Part shown: positions 1 through 13,242 of the stretch, in pieces
How positions within the stretch are numbered: position 1 is the first letter of the stretch
How the letters are laid out: each line of letters opens with the position of its first letter
DNA from: Octopus vulgaris
Taxonomy: Eukaryota
NCBI GenBank assembly: GCA_951406725.2
Contig: OX597814.1
Location: forward strand, 60,512,001 to 60,576,000
Direction: 5' to 3'
DNA: 64,000 bases
Notes under the pieces: generated by a model
Told to the model about the DNA's origin: nothing
The model's input: the letters and a program-made list of their open reading frames with translations, nothing else
The model's database searches: none
Program-made: the position numbers and the translations under genes

Positions 1-1261
1 GCATGGAGGAAATGGTTGTAAAGCAGTAAAGAAAACAAAGCAATAAATAAATGAATAAATAAAACCCAGTGGTTTAAATTAAAGAGAGTAGTTTCAGGCC
101 ACTTATGATACAGTATTGCCGTTTATAGTTTTCTGCAATTTTAAGCAATACATATGACAAGTTTATGATGAAATAAATATACTGCATACATCAGTCACAG
201 TAGGCAATTAGCCAGCAAGTTTCATATTTGAAACTGAGTCCCAGATACATTAAAGAGATCAATGTCTACTTAGAGCAGAGTCAACTCTTCTCGAACATTT
301 TCACTTAAACCCTTAAAATTATCACTGTTAATTTGGGTAAAAAGAAACATTTCAACAAGTTCCCAACAATGAGGGGAAACAAAGAGAAAGATAATTATGA
401 TGACAATGATAACAACAACCACCACATCAGCAACAACAATAGTAATAATCCTTCCTATAATACTTTCTACTATAGGCACAAGTCGCAAATTTTAGGGGAG
501 GGGTGAGTCAATTACATCAACTCCAGTGCATGACTGGTACTTATTTTGTCAAGCCTGAAATGATTAAAGGCAAACTCAACCTTGCTGGAATTTGAACTCA
601 AAACATAAAACCAGAAGAAATGCTGCTAAGCATTTTCTCAAGCATGCTAATGATTCTGCCAGCACAATCCCTAAATAATAATCCTTTTTACTATAGGCAC
701 TAGGCCTGAACATTTGGAGGAATGAGCTGGTTGTTTTCATTGACCCCAGTACTCAACTGTTACTTATTTTAATGACCCCAAATGGATGAAAGCTAAAGTC
801 AGTCTTGGCAGGATTTGAACTCAGAACGTCTGTAAAATGGACAGAATGCTGCTAAGCATTCTGCCCAGCATGCTAACAATTCTACCAGCTTGCCACCTTA
901 GAATAATAATAATTTATTTTCTTTTTTACCAATTCAGGCACAAGACCAGCATTTTTGGAGAAGGTGATTTGTCAATTACATTGACCACAACACTTAACTG
1001 ATTGATACTTTATTATATCAACCCCAAAAGGATACGTAGCAAAGCTGAGAATACAATTTGATCTCAGGATGTAAAAAAACCACAGATGCTGCTAAGAATC
1101 TTAGTCAACATTCAAATGATCCTACCAGTCGCCACCCTTATACATATGATTGTTACTAATTTATGCAGTTTTGGGGTAGGAATCAGTTGATTACATTAAA
1201 CTCACAACTTGACCAGAACTTTATTTCATCAATTGCAAAAGTATGAAAACAAAATTAAGTT

Positions 1262-1790
1262 AAATCTCAGCTTCTGATCTTAACTAATTGGAAGTGTTAT
1301 CATGTACATATTTTGTGCTGGTATAAAAGATGGGCTACAGCAAATATTCTGCTAATATCACAGATTTGCTTGTCGGTTGTTTGACCTTAACCAGTTGAGC
1401 ATGTCCCTTAGTGGCTGACGATATGTGTATCTCTGATCACGAGCAGAAGTAGTGGGGGAGCATCATAGCCATGTGCTGAGAGGAATTCTTTGGTGTTTGA
1501 ATAATTCACCTCTGGAATCACTGATGTTTCATTCGACATCCTTAAACAACCCTTTTCAGGGATCTTATGATCAGAATGAGCTACTCGACCTGCAGAAAAT
1601 TCTAACTGGGTCCCCACCTACAAGGTCATGTGCTGTTCATCTTGATATGAAATCACCATGTCATGCACATACGGTTGTGATGTATGTGCCTAGTGCATCC
1701 TTATTAGATAGGAAGTCATAATGAGTATATTGTGCTTTGTATATTTATACCTCAGTGTCACCTTGATGGCATGCACTGCTCTCTCACTCA
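1262..1790 (+). mobile_element. ~530-bp repeat family D ending ctctctcactca(ata)n (others: 37427-37960 -, 39424-39841 -, 43757-43875 +, 47511-47717 -, 54597-55312 -)
   Basis: Six recognisable copies. The common 3' end is retained in five, 5' truncation is variable, and no tRNA head or ORF is evident. Confidence 0.85.
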
Positions 1791-1807
1791 ACAACAACAA
1801 CAACAAC

Positions 1808-1860
<53 letters not shown>

Positions 1861-3851
1861 TAATAATAATAATAACAAGAACAACAATACTTTCTACTAT
1901 AGACACAAGGCCTGAAATTTTGGCAGAAGAGGCTAACCAATTTCATCAACCCCAAAAGGATGAAAGGCAAAGTCATCAAAATAACAATAACAAGGGTTTC
2001 TGATTTAGGCACAAGGCTAGCAATTTTGAAAGGATAAGGTAGTCAATACCATCAACACTTGTACCTGGCTGGTACTTCATTTTACAAACTTCCAAAAGCA
2101 TGAAAGCAAAGCTGACCTCAGTGGGATCTGAACTCAGGATATAAACAACCAGAACAAATACTGCAAGGCATTCTGTTCAACACTCAAACAACAACAACAA
2201 CAATAATAATAATAATAATAACAATGGTTCCAAATGTTGTTACATGGGCAGCAACTGGGGAGAAGGGACAAGTCAATTACATCGACCCCAGTGTTCAACT
2301 GGTACTTAATTCATTGACCCCAAAAGGATGATCAGCAAAGTTGACCTCAGTGGAATTTGAACTCAGAAACCAATAATAATAATAATAATGATAATTATCA
2401 TTATTATTATTATTATTATTGTTTCAAATTCTGGCACAAGGCCAGCAAGTTTGAGGGAGGGGTTAAGCTGATTACAGCAACCTCAGTACTTAACCAGTAC
2501 CTATTTTACCAACCCCGAAAGGATGAAAGGCTAAGTGGACCTTGGCAGAATTTGAACTCAGAGCAATCCTATCTACAAGGCCTGAAATTTTGTTGGGGGC
2601 AGATAGTTGATTACAGCAACCCCAGTGCTTAACTGGTACTTATTTCATTGACCCTGAAAGGATGAAAGACAAAGTTCAAATTTGAACTCAGAATGTAAAT
2701 AGGGACAAAATGCTGCCAAGCATTTTGCCTGGTGGGCTAACAATTCTCTTAGCTTGCCACTTTTAATAATAATAATAATAATAATAATAATCCTTTCTAC
2801 TAAAAGTACAAGACCTGAAATTTTGTGGGAGAGAGTAAATCAATTACATCAACTCCAGTGTTTCACTAGTACTTAATTTATCAACCCTGAAAGGATGAAA
2901 AGCAAAGTCGACTTTGGCAGCATTTAAACTCAGAACCTGAAGACAAATGAAATACCGCCAAGCATTTCGCAAATGTGCTACTGATTCTGCCAGCTCACAG
3001 CCTTTAACAACAACACTCGATTAGATGAAGAACCTGAAACTACTGCTACCAACAAGCAAAATAATAATAATGAAAAAATGTTTCTAATATAGGCACAAGG
3101 CCATAATTTTAGAGAGAGAAATGTCTGATACTATTGATCTCAAAACATGACAGGTACTTTATTTTATTGACCATAAAGGGATGAAAGACAAGATTGACCC
3201 TGCATGTATTTGAACTCAGAATGTAAAAACCTGGAAGAACTAAAGCAAAGCATTTTGTCCAACTCTATATAATAATAACTTTAACAACAACAGCAATAAT
3301 AATGGCACAACTCCAGCAATTCCAGGGGAGTGGGTAAGTCAATTACATCGACCCTAGTGCTCAATGATGAAAGACAAAGTCAGCCTCGATGGAATTTGAA
3401 CTCAGAACATAATGATGGACGAAATGACATTAAGCATTTGCCACCTGAATAAAGATAATAATAATAATGATAATAATAAGTAACAAGTGTCTAAGCCCTT
3501 TGGTGATATACTGTGCTTGAGAAGATTTGTCAAGTGAAGTGAAATTGTAGTCGTGGCTGTTGCCAGTTTCATGTAAATGGCACCCATGAAATCGTAGTCG
3601 TGGCTGTTGCTGGTGTTATGTGAAGGGCACCTGTGCTGATAACATGTGAAAAGCATCCATTACATTCTTGGAGTGGTTGGCATTAGGAAGGGCATCCAGC
3701 CATAGAAACCATGCCAAATCAGACTGGAACCTGGTGCAGTCATCCAGCATATCTGTTCGAGTCAAACCATCTAACCCATGCCAGTATGGAAAATGGATGT
3801 TAATAATAATATTTTAAAAAACGATTGATGTAACTCTTCACAAAAGTAAAC

Positions 3852-4105
3852 AGTCAAGACGAAGAGCGCAATTCAATTGTAAGATATTTTATTAGTTGAA
3901 CAATATTTCAACAGTACATCTATCTTTGTCAAGTTCAAAATAAGAAGTGATAAAAATTCTCTCATTCATACTTTACATTTAAATTTCTGTAATTTTGAAT
4001 TTTTATCACTTCTTATTTTGAACTTGACAAAGACAGATGTACTGTTGAAATATCGTTCAACTAATAAAAATATATTACAATTGAATTGCGCTCTTCATCT
4101 TGACT
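3852..4105. repeat. Inverted repeat, ~108-bp arms and ~38-bp spacer
   Basis: agtcaagacgaagagcgcaattc...gataaaaattc / gaatttttatc...gaattgcgctcttcatcttgact. Confidence 0.92.
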
Positions 4106-4820
4106 AATAATAATAATAATAAATAATAATAATTCAAATTTTGGCACAAGGCCAACAGTTTTCTAGGAGAGAGTTTAGATGATTATATTGACTGTAGTGC
4201 TCAATAGTTACTTATTTTAGGATGAAAGGTAAAACCAACCTCAGCAGAATTTGAACTCAGAATGCAAAGAGCCAGAAGAAATAGCCCTAAATATAAGAAA
4301 GATTATAGAGATTTGAGGAGGCTTGTTGTTACCAAACCTCAAGATAATATTCTTGCAAATTAAATTAGCATATACTTACTTGATAATGATGAAGATGATA
4401 ATGATGATGACAACGATGACAATGATATCATGATATCAGTATTATTTTTATGATTTGTAATATAGGTACAAGGCCAGAAATTTGGTGTGGAGGAGTTAAT
4501 CATTTAAGTTGACCCTAGTATTTGAGTGATATATTATTATATCAACTACAGGAAAAAAATGAAAGGCAAAGATGATGTTGCTGAGATTTGAACTCAGAAT
4601 ATAAACAACCATAACAAATACTGCTCTAATGATTCTGCTATAATTTGTCATCACACAATAAGCCAGATATGAATAACAGTGTTACAGTTGAGATGTAATG
4701 TCCTTTAATGGAACTTAAAGTATGTGTGACCAAAAATATAAGATCAGAACATGTGTGAGTGTGTGTGTGCTTGGCGTGATTTTGTACATGCAGATGTCCA
4801 TGTATACCATTTATCATTTA

Positions 4821-4872
<52 letters not shown>

Positions 4873-4907
4873 TATATATACATACACACATATGTATACA
4901 TACACAC

Positions 4908-4981
<74 letters not shown>

Positions 4982-5379
4982 ATGGACTTACATGTGTACA
5001 CATACACATGTATATATTGTTTCAGTGTAGAGGATTTTAGTCCTGACAGACAACCACTGTAGTATAACAGAATATACCCTGTCTATGGTATGAAATAGTT
5101 GATAACAGGAAGGTTATTGAGCTAATAAAATTGTTTCAAATCAAGACAGTCACAAATATAATGAAAACCCCCTAATGCATACACAGGATTAACACTTATC
5201 ATGTTAATGTTACACATGATTGTGGGATGATCAGGTAGAAACCTCTGGTCATGCACAACAAACACTCAACCATTAGCAAGCTATGCACAAACTCTCTTAC
5301 TTTCAGATGCAGAAAACAGATATCAAACAATAATACATCCACCACGAGAAGCCCCCACCCACCTTTTTTCTTGTCAGGA

Positions 5380-8005
5380 ACAAAACTTCAGAGCTGTCAT
5401 CTTGTGTGTTGGCATAAAAAAAGATAGGTCTGGAAAGATTGTAGAAATGCAAGAGTATGTAAATATGTGCTGCATACAAGAGATAAGATGGAAGGGAGCC
5501 TCATCCAGATGGCTCATGGGCAAACGAAAACAGGTACACATTCTTCTTGGCTGGTAACAGCACTGGGGTGGCTACAGTACATATGCTGTTGTTAAAAAAT
5601 TAATAAAGTACCTGAGTTAGAGTATCTGACAGAATTAACTGTAGACCAGTCATGGGCAACATAACAACATCATTTATTTCTGTACTTGCACCCCAGTCAA
5701 AACTAACTGATGAGCAAAAGGACAGTTTTTATGAGGTCCTCATACACACTAATGCCATGATGAATGAAAGAGGCCTCATTATCACGACATGTTGGGAAAA
5801 ACCATGATGGCTGTATCAATATATATGGTACAAGGAATGAGGAGGGAACAAGGCTCTTGAAGTTCTCTGACCCACCTGGCCTAATTTCTTGCAGCACTAA
5901 CTTCAACATACCTGTCAGCCATCTAATCACCTACCAATCAAGCAATCTTACAAACCAATTGGACTTCAAGCTCACCAGGAAATCAGCTAAGTAACTTGCT
6001 GTGGATGCTGTGTCTTTTCCTGGTGAATATGGACTAATAATCAATGACCTAAGGATGAAAGAATACAAACTCAGAGACACAAGACAATCTAGAAAAGGGA
6101 GGTATAGAAGCTGAAAGATCCTTCAGCCAAAGGTAGGGTGAAAGAAGTGCCAGTTAACACAAAAGATAAGAAGGAGAAAATAGAGATTCATAACATAAAG
6201 AACATTGAGAAGTTTCTGTGAGATGACCTGCTGTAAACGACATTAAATCTGCAAATGGAACAAGAAGACAGAGTGATGTGAAGGTGGAAGAGAGAAGCAA
6301 GAAACAATATCAGGTCATTAAAAGAGAAGCTATATGTCAGGTATACATAGCATTGAGAGGTGCAATGAAGTGCAATCTTTTGCAATAAAAGGATCAAAAG
6401 TATGAGGTACTTTGAATTGCAGAGCCGTGTGTCAGTGTAAATCAGGACATCATTGGGTAAAAAAAAAGTATATACAGTAACAGTTGTGCACTTGCTCTCA
6501 CTGACATAAGGAATAAAAATGCATGGAAATGTTACAACAAAATACTGCTGAATGATAGAGTGTAGGCCAGATTGAAAGTGAAAGTTATTTGGTTGAAAGC
6601 ATGGCACCAGTCACTAACATAGTCAACAAAGCAGTGCAAGGAGGTGCAGTACCCAATGAATGATGTTGCAGTATAATTAGAAGCTGCTACAAGGACAAAG
6701 ATACTTTAAAAGACCACAAAGACCTCAAATGGATGGATTAGCATGTGGAAGTAAGCAGTAAAAATCATAATAGCATAATTAAAAAAGATTAATTTATGCA
6801 CTGCAACTTGAGTTTATGCCAAAACAGAGTTCTACTGATGCCCGTTTTTTGTGAGACAGCAGAAGTCTTTAGCTAAAAAAGTAAAACATTCAATGACCTT
6901 TGATAGGGTACTATGCTCTGAGGTTTGATGGCTGAACTGAAAACAGGTTTAAATAAATGGTTTATGTTGGCTGTAAAGCCATATAGAGAGATATTTCACC
7001 AAGTTGAAACTGGCAATTAGTTCAGCATGTAGGTAGGTGTCCATCAGTTCTCCAGATATACAGAGTAACAGAAAAGAGATGGCTATTGGGAACTACCATT
7101 TGTTGATGATTTAGTTTTCATAGCTAAATGTATCAATGATTTAGAGAAAATACTTCAGAAATCAAAGCAAAGCTTAGCATCAAGAGGCCTGAAAGTGAAT
7201 CTAACCAAGACAAAAGTTTTATTAGTAAAGACAGGATCTATTGTCATCAATGAAACAATCATATATGATAATTAAAAAACAGGATGGTAGAAATTCCATA
7301 CAGTGTACCCAATGTAAAAGAAATGGTGAACAAAAGGTGTAGCAGGACTGCAATCAGGTTGACAGGGAAGGAAGACTTCTTATGTAGCATCAGAGTAGCT
7401 AGCAGTAAGAGCATCGATGAAAGAAATTCTTTCAAATACTCAAGGATCCATAGAAATAGTTGATAGCTACTGTTACCAAGGTGATTTAATTAGCAGAGGA
7501 GGCTGATGTTCTGAGAGCATAACAGCCAAAGTGAGAAGTGAGTTGGAAAATTTTAGGGAGTTATTACTTCTACTAGAAACAACGGGATTTTCTCTCTCAG
7601 TGAAGGGTAGACTCTATGATATTCATGTATGAGATGCAATGCTGTATCATAGCAAAACCATGGGAGAGCGTGTGAATGCTAGTGAACATGAACAATGGGA
7701 CTAATGAACTCGGATAAAAACTGAGTATAAGAGGAATCAAATATAGTGTACAAGTGATGAGCCAGCACTGGTATGGATATGAGATACAACTGGAGATTGA
7801 GAATTGGGTACAGAAATTTCAAGCAATCCAAGTGGAAGACTGAGAGAATTATGGGGAGAAATGGCAAAAGCTAATCTCATGAAGCTGAACTTCACAAGAG
7901 AGATGACAAAGGAAAGCTACAAATGGTGAAATGATGTGCTGGAGGAGACCCGTGCAATCCATGCAAGCATGGAAAAATGGACGCAAAAATAATTATGATG
8001 ATGTT
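5380..8005 (+). mobile_element. Decayed RTE-clade LINE (APE endonuclease + RT), many stops and frameshifts
   Basis: VNMCCIQEIRWKG (~5460), YGTRNEEGTRLL...TNF...HLITYQS...QLDF (5820-5970), ELPFVDDLV at the YADD site (~7090), FRELL...GFSLSVKGRLYD (~7550-7620), and a 3' tail ccatgcaagcatggaaaaatggacg...tgatgatg. Confidence 0.85.
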
Positions 8006-8654
8006 ATATATGTATATGTCTGTGTGTATATATACACAAACACATGCATATATATGCACACATACAGGCATGCACATGCACATACTTATATATTTATATA
8101 TCTATACATGAGAGAGCATATATGTGTATGAATATGATATATAAATGCAATAAACATATGTTAGATGCCATTTATTTTATTGTGTAATACCCCACAGTGC
8201 TCAGTCACACTCACAAAGAGTCATATAGAGTACAGTAAGACATATATACACATATACATAATGCTTTTAGCTACTTCCACGACAAATTTTCATACAAGTG
8301 TCCAAAATTTGGACACTGTGATTTTTCAGTCAAACATATATTACACTATTCTGAATGACAATCGTACTACTACCATGATACAGAAATAACAACACACAAA
8401 CACACACACACACACATATATATGTATAACACGTATATATATATATATTATATGGAATAATGGAACATATTGTGTCTTTCTTTCAGAAGAAAATAGAAAT
8501 ACACAAAACACATACGAAACTCGCCATATCTACATTATTCCATCGGATATATATATATACACGTATACACCTCCAATATATATAATATATATATACACGA
8601 TTATTCATCTTTCTATTTCACATAATACATATATATATATATATATATACACGT

Positions 8655-8708
<54 letters not shown>

Positions 8709-9402
8709 ATACATACACAGACATACATATCTACATATATATATCATGATGATGATGATATATATATATATACATACACATACATATCTATATATATATT
8801 TTATGGATGCATGTGTGCACACACACTAAGTCAATAACAGAAAGTACTTCCATTTTCCTTCATCCCACTTCATGATTTATATAAAAGTATCAAATAGGAT
8901 ATCTGACAGAGTATTAGACAGGAATATCAGGTAAAGCTCAGAATCCTTTTTCTCATACAATAAAACACTTTGCCAAAGCCCATAACATCGCATAATCACA
9001 CTACAGCACTGCTAAAACCTATCAACATACTCAGTCACAATACACCAGATATGATTAACTGTTAGGTTAACAAGTGCAATATATATAAATAAATAATATG
9101 TAGTGAAATAATGTCAATGACGAAGTTGTAGACATATGACTGAGTTTTTTGGCAATTAAATAGTAATATGATGTTATTAAAAGTAAGAAAAAAAGGAAAT
9201 ATGTGTGTTTGTGTATATGTATATGTGTATTTTGATTATCCACCTCTTCTATGATGTAATCATTTTGGTTTCAACACATAATTATTAGATACAGCTACTT
9301 GCCAATCTGAAGTACAGTCCTGGAGAAAAGTGAACATATGAATATATGTATATATATATATATATATTAATAATAATAATATGGCAATAATAATAATATA
9401 TG

Positions 9403-9458
<56 letters not shown>

Positions 9459-9888
9459 ACTATATATATATACATATGACTCATGTCAAATATTTAATGT
9501 TTTGTTTCTAAGCTTATTGGCTGCAGAATTTCATACTGGGAAAAATCCCTTAAAGACAATAAATGCTAAAGAAACACAGAATACCTCAAAACCAGATGAA
9601 CCATTAAGCATGTGATGTCTATAATAAGAGCTGCTTTTAATGCAAAATTTAATTTTGTTTTACTAGTGCAGCACTGATGCACATCAGCAGATTGGTTTTA
9701 TGCTGTCTGCATACACCATAGACCAGTAATTTGAATTTGCTTTGAGGTGACCTGAGTATACGGAGCAGATGAGCTAAAGTAACAATGAAATACTGATAGC
9801 CATCATTCTTGCTCACCTACAGGAGTGATTAATTCCATCTGATTTTGAGGTAGACAGAGTTCAGTAAGAATATATATGTGTGGGGGGG

Positions 9889-9929
<41 letters not shown>

Positions 9930-9930
9930 G

Positions 9931-9964
<34 letters not shown>

Positions 9965-10834
9965 CATATACACGCATGCACACACACACACACACACACA
10001 CATTAACACATAACACATAATTTTATGCGTTTATATAAATTTATGATATGATCTTATTCTTCCTGGCTGCTATCTGTACTGCTCCTGATTACTAACTATT
10101 TATAAATGCTTCATCCAAATGTAAATTTCGTCTTATTTGATTCTGCCTGAAGAATTTCTAATAGAGAATTTCTTACATGTTTGTTTATCCAGCATGTACA
10201 ATTTTGTGATTCCTTGTTTTATCCTTTATTTGTTTCAGTAATTAGACTGCGGCTATGCTGGTACACCACCTTGAAGAATCAACCCCAGGACTTTGTTTTT
10301 TAAGCCTGGAATTTATTTTATTACGCTCTCTTGTTGAAGTGCTAAGTTACAGGGACATTAACACACCAACACCAGTTGTTAAGTGGTGGTTGAAGACCAA
10401 CACAAACACAAATACACATATATATGTACATATATATACATATTTGTGTGTGTGTGGGGGGGGGGCTTTTTTTCAGTTTCTGTCTACCAAATCCACTCAC
10501 AAGGCTTTGGTCAGCCCGAGGCTATAGTAGAAGACATTTGCCCAAGGTGCCAGGCAGTGGGAATGAACCCAGAACCATGTGATTGGGAAGCAAGCTTCTA
10601 ACCACGCAGCCATGCCTGCACCTATTCAACACATACAATTTTGTGATTCCTATTAGTAAACGAAACATATGTAATGGCGAGTGAATAATACCAAACAATT
10701 GTTTCCAGATTCCTATTTTTTTAAATAAATTTATGAAATATATGATCTCTAACTTGTGATAGTAGGGACAATGATTATTTCCATTAAAAGCAAAGGGTCG
10801 CAAATTATTTTGCAAGGGGAAGGGCAATGTTGGT

Positions 10835-11064
10835 TTAACCCTTTAACATTCAGAATATTCTGTCAAATGTAACACTTACTTATCCACATTGTTTTGAATT
10901 AGTCATTCATTATCTCATAGCTTTGAGATTTCAATGATTGTTTGTTTATATTTAGAATTACATTGTAGAATAGGTGTTAGAGATCAGATCACAGACCAGT
11001 TTCAACCATAAGACAGGAAGAACATTTGAGCTGGATATGGATGTTTAAAATGCTGAAGGGTTAA
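10835..11064. mobile_element. TTAA-flanked (piggyBac-type) MITE (relatives: 61126-61353, 13047-13915 interrupted; a distinct one at 55939-56166)
   Basis: TTAA|ccctttaacatt ... aatgctgaaggg|TTAA; the internal sequence recurs in the other copies. Confidence 0.75.
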
Positions 11065-11539
11065 AATGACTCCAGTACTTGTCTATACCAATAACATGTG
11101 TGTGTGTGTGTGTGTGTGAATGTATATGTATATATGATAATATAAAAAAAAAAAAGAACACAAATAAAATGTCACCGGGGTAAAGCAACATATTCAGCAC
11201 TGAACAAATGGCAGATTAATACAAACTGTTGGTTGTGGACAAATGGATGGACAATTGTAATGATGATGATGATGATGACGGTGTTTGTGATAGTGGTGGC
11301 GGTAGTGGTGGCGGTGGTGATGGTGGCGTGATGGATGTAGTGTTGAAGCATTGGGCAAGTATGAGGCAATAGGGGAGAAATAAAGTTCTGATATGTAGGT
11401 GGAGGGGATATGGTTGTGGTGGTGGTGGTGATGGAGATCAATGATAACAAACAAATAAAACAAATAAATAAATAAATAAACAAATAAACAAATGAAAATG
11501 GCAGAATATTAGGCATTTAGCAGTAACTGGACGTTTAAT

Positions 11540-11929
11540 CTCTTTTTTTTTTACACAAAACATGTTGGTGTTGTTGCTGTTATTGTGGCAATGGAGGTGA
11601 AAGATGTAATTGCTTTTTATGCTTGTTGCTAAATCTGTTTTTTTATTTTTTTATTTTGGGTGTTAATCCAACTGTTACTGCTTTTGTTGTTGCTGTCATC
11701 ATTCCTTTGCAGGTGTTATTGTTGTTGTTGTGGTTGTTGTTGAAGTTATTGTTGTGATAATTTTTTGTTGCTGTTGTTGTTGTTGTTGTGCTTGTTACTG
11801 CTACCAGTGATGTTCTTTTATTGAATTTGTTTTCACAATACTGTTATTTCTGTTGATGCTGCTGTTGTTGTTATCGTTGTTCTGTGCAACTGCTAGTTGC
11901 TGTTGTTGTTGTTGTTGCTACAGTAGATG
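11540..11929 (-). other. Probable 3' UTR rich in CAA/CAG repeats, with candidate AATAAA signals
   Basis: Follows the stop codon. Plus-strand tttatt (AATAAA on minus) near 11817-11822 and near 11642. The true transcript end cannot be seen. Confidence 0.45.
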
Positions 11930-12204
11930 TTATTGCTCGCCCGCCTCCTGTTGCTGCTCTTCTTGTTGCTGCTCCTGCTGTTGTTCAGGCTGCTGCTGCT
12001 GTTGCTCTGGCTGCTGCTGCTGCTGCTGCTGATCTTCCTCACTGTCAGCAGCAACCTCTTCATTGGTGCTAACGGTGACCAGGTTGTTTAGAGTAACCCG
12101 TTGTAATTTGGGACATCCTTTCAGCTCAGAGACTGCAGTGGGACGTACTCGGGTACCATCCAAGTTGAGGAGAGACAGGAGTGGCAAATGCAGGCAGACC
12201 AGAC
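11930..12204 (-). CDS. LRR protein terminal coding exon with acidic/poly-Q tail
   Basis: tttttttaccag|GT; translates (G)LVCLHLPLLSLLNLDGTRVRPTAVSELKGCPKLQRVTLNNLV...SEEDQQQQQQQPEQ...AGEQ, stop TAA at 11930-11932. The eight exons total 870 nt = 290 codons with no internal stop. Confidence 0.9.
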
Positions 12205-12287
12205 CTGGTAAAAAAACAATAAATACATCTTTTATAGATACTGATATTCAAAAGAAGAAAAAAAATCGACATCATAGAGGACCAAAA

Positions 12288-12655
12288 CAGTAGGGAAAGT
12301 ACTAAATGACAAATTAAGTGGCCAGTAGGGAGAATGCCAGATCATAAATCAAAGGATCAGTAAGGAAAGTACAAGATGACCAGTCAAGGAATGAGTAGGG
12401 TGGCTTTCAGATGACCAATCAAGAATCCAGTAGTGAGAGTACCAAATGACAATCAAGAGCTCTATAAGGTAGCTACAAGATGAGTCATGAAAGAGACTAC
12501 CTACTAGATAATCAATCATGTAGAGAGAGTATAGAAAGAGGAGTATGGATTGGCCAATCAAGAGGTGAGCAAGAAGGGTATCAGTCATTAAGGAAGGTAC
12601 CAGATGGCCAATAAAGGAATCTATAAGGACATTATCAGATGACTCATCAAAGATC
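12288..12655. repeat. Degenerate ~35-bp minisatellite
   Basis: Units like aagaatccagtagggaaagtaccagatgaccaatc, about 9-10 copies. Confidence 0.7.
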
Positions 12656-13242
12656 ACAGGTTCCTATTTTCACCTTTCATGCTGCCGCAGTCTAACATAC
12701 ATCTTTACTGTGCAGTCAGTCTACCTCGGTGCAGGTAAACATTAGCAGAGTAGTTGCAGAGGGTCAGTGGTATAAGTGGTATGTTGTTTCCAGTATGAAA
12801 AATAGTAAAGAAGATTGCTCTACATTATTTACATTGTGTCACTCAAAAAGCTTTTTTACAACTAATTTTTAATTTCTTTGTTCACTGTACCTGGGGCATC
12901 AACAAGTATTAGCACAATATACACCATTTTCATTGACCATAGCTTTCTGATATCATTTCTCAGAGCTTCATATCTCCTCAGTACTCCAAGTATTGCTTGG
13001 AAACATATGAAGCCAAGTGTAACTATCACACTTGTTACAGCAATAATTAACCCATAAGCATTTAAATGTCAAATGTATTGCTTATTTATTAACATTGTTT
13101 TGAATTAACCACACATTAATTACTTGTAGGGACATTGTATATCATTATGCAACCATGATATACTACAAAATATATTAAATGCTTTTATAAGTCAAAGCTA
13201 TGTTCTACTGTATTAGCAGTGCTATTAGAGTTACCTCTACAG

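Noticed and set aside
270-488. 72-aa minus-strand ORF
   Set aside because: Starts inside a SINE tail and a trinucleotide repeat; no domain or splice support.
9527-9615. Possible plus-strand terminal exon (ctgcag|..FHTGKNPLKTINAKETQNTSKPDEPLSM*)
   Set aside because: Weak polypyrimidine tract, no partner exon found upstream, no recognisable domain.
11172-11516. His/Thr-rich ORFs downstream of the LRR gene
   Set aside because: Derived from (CAC)/(CAT) trinucleotide repeats; no splice or homology support.
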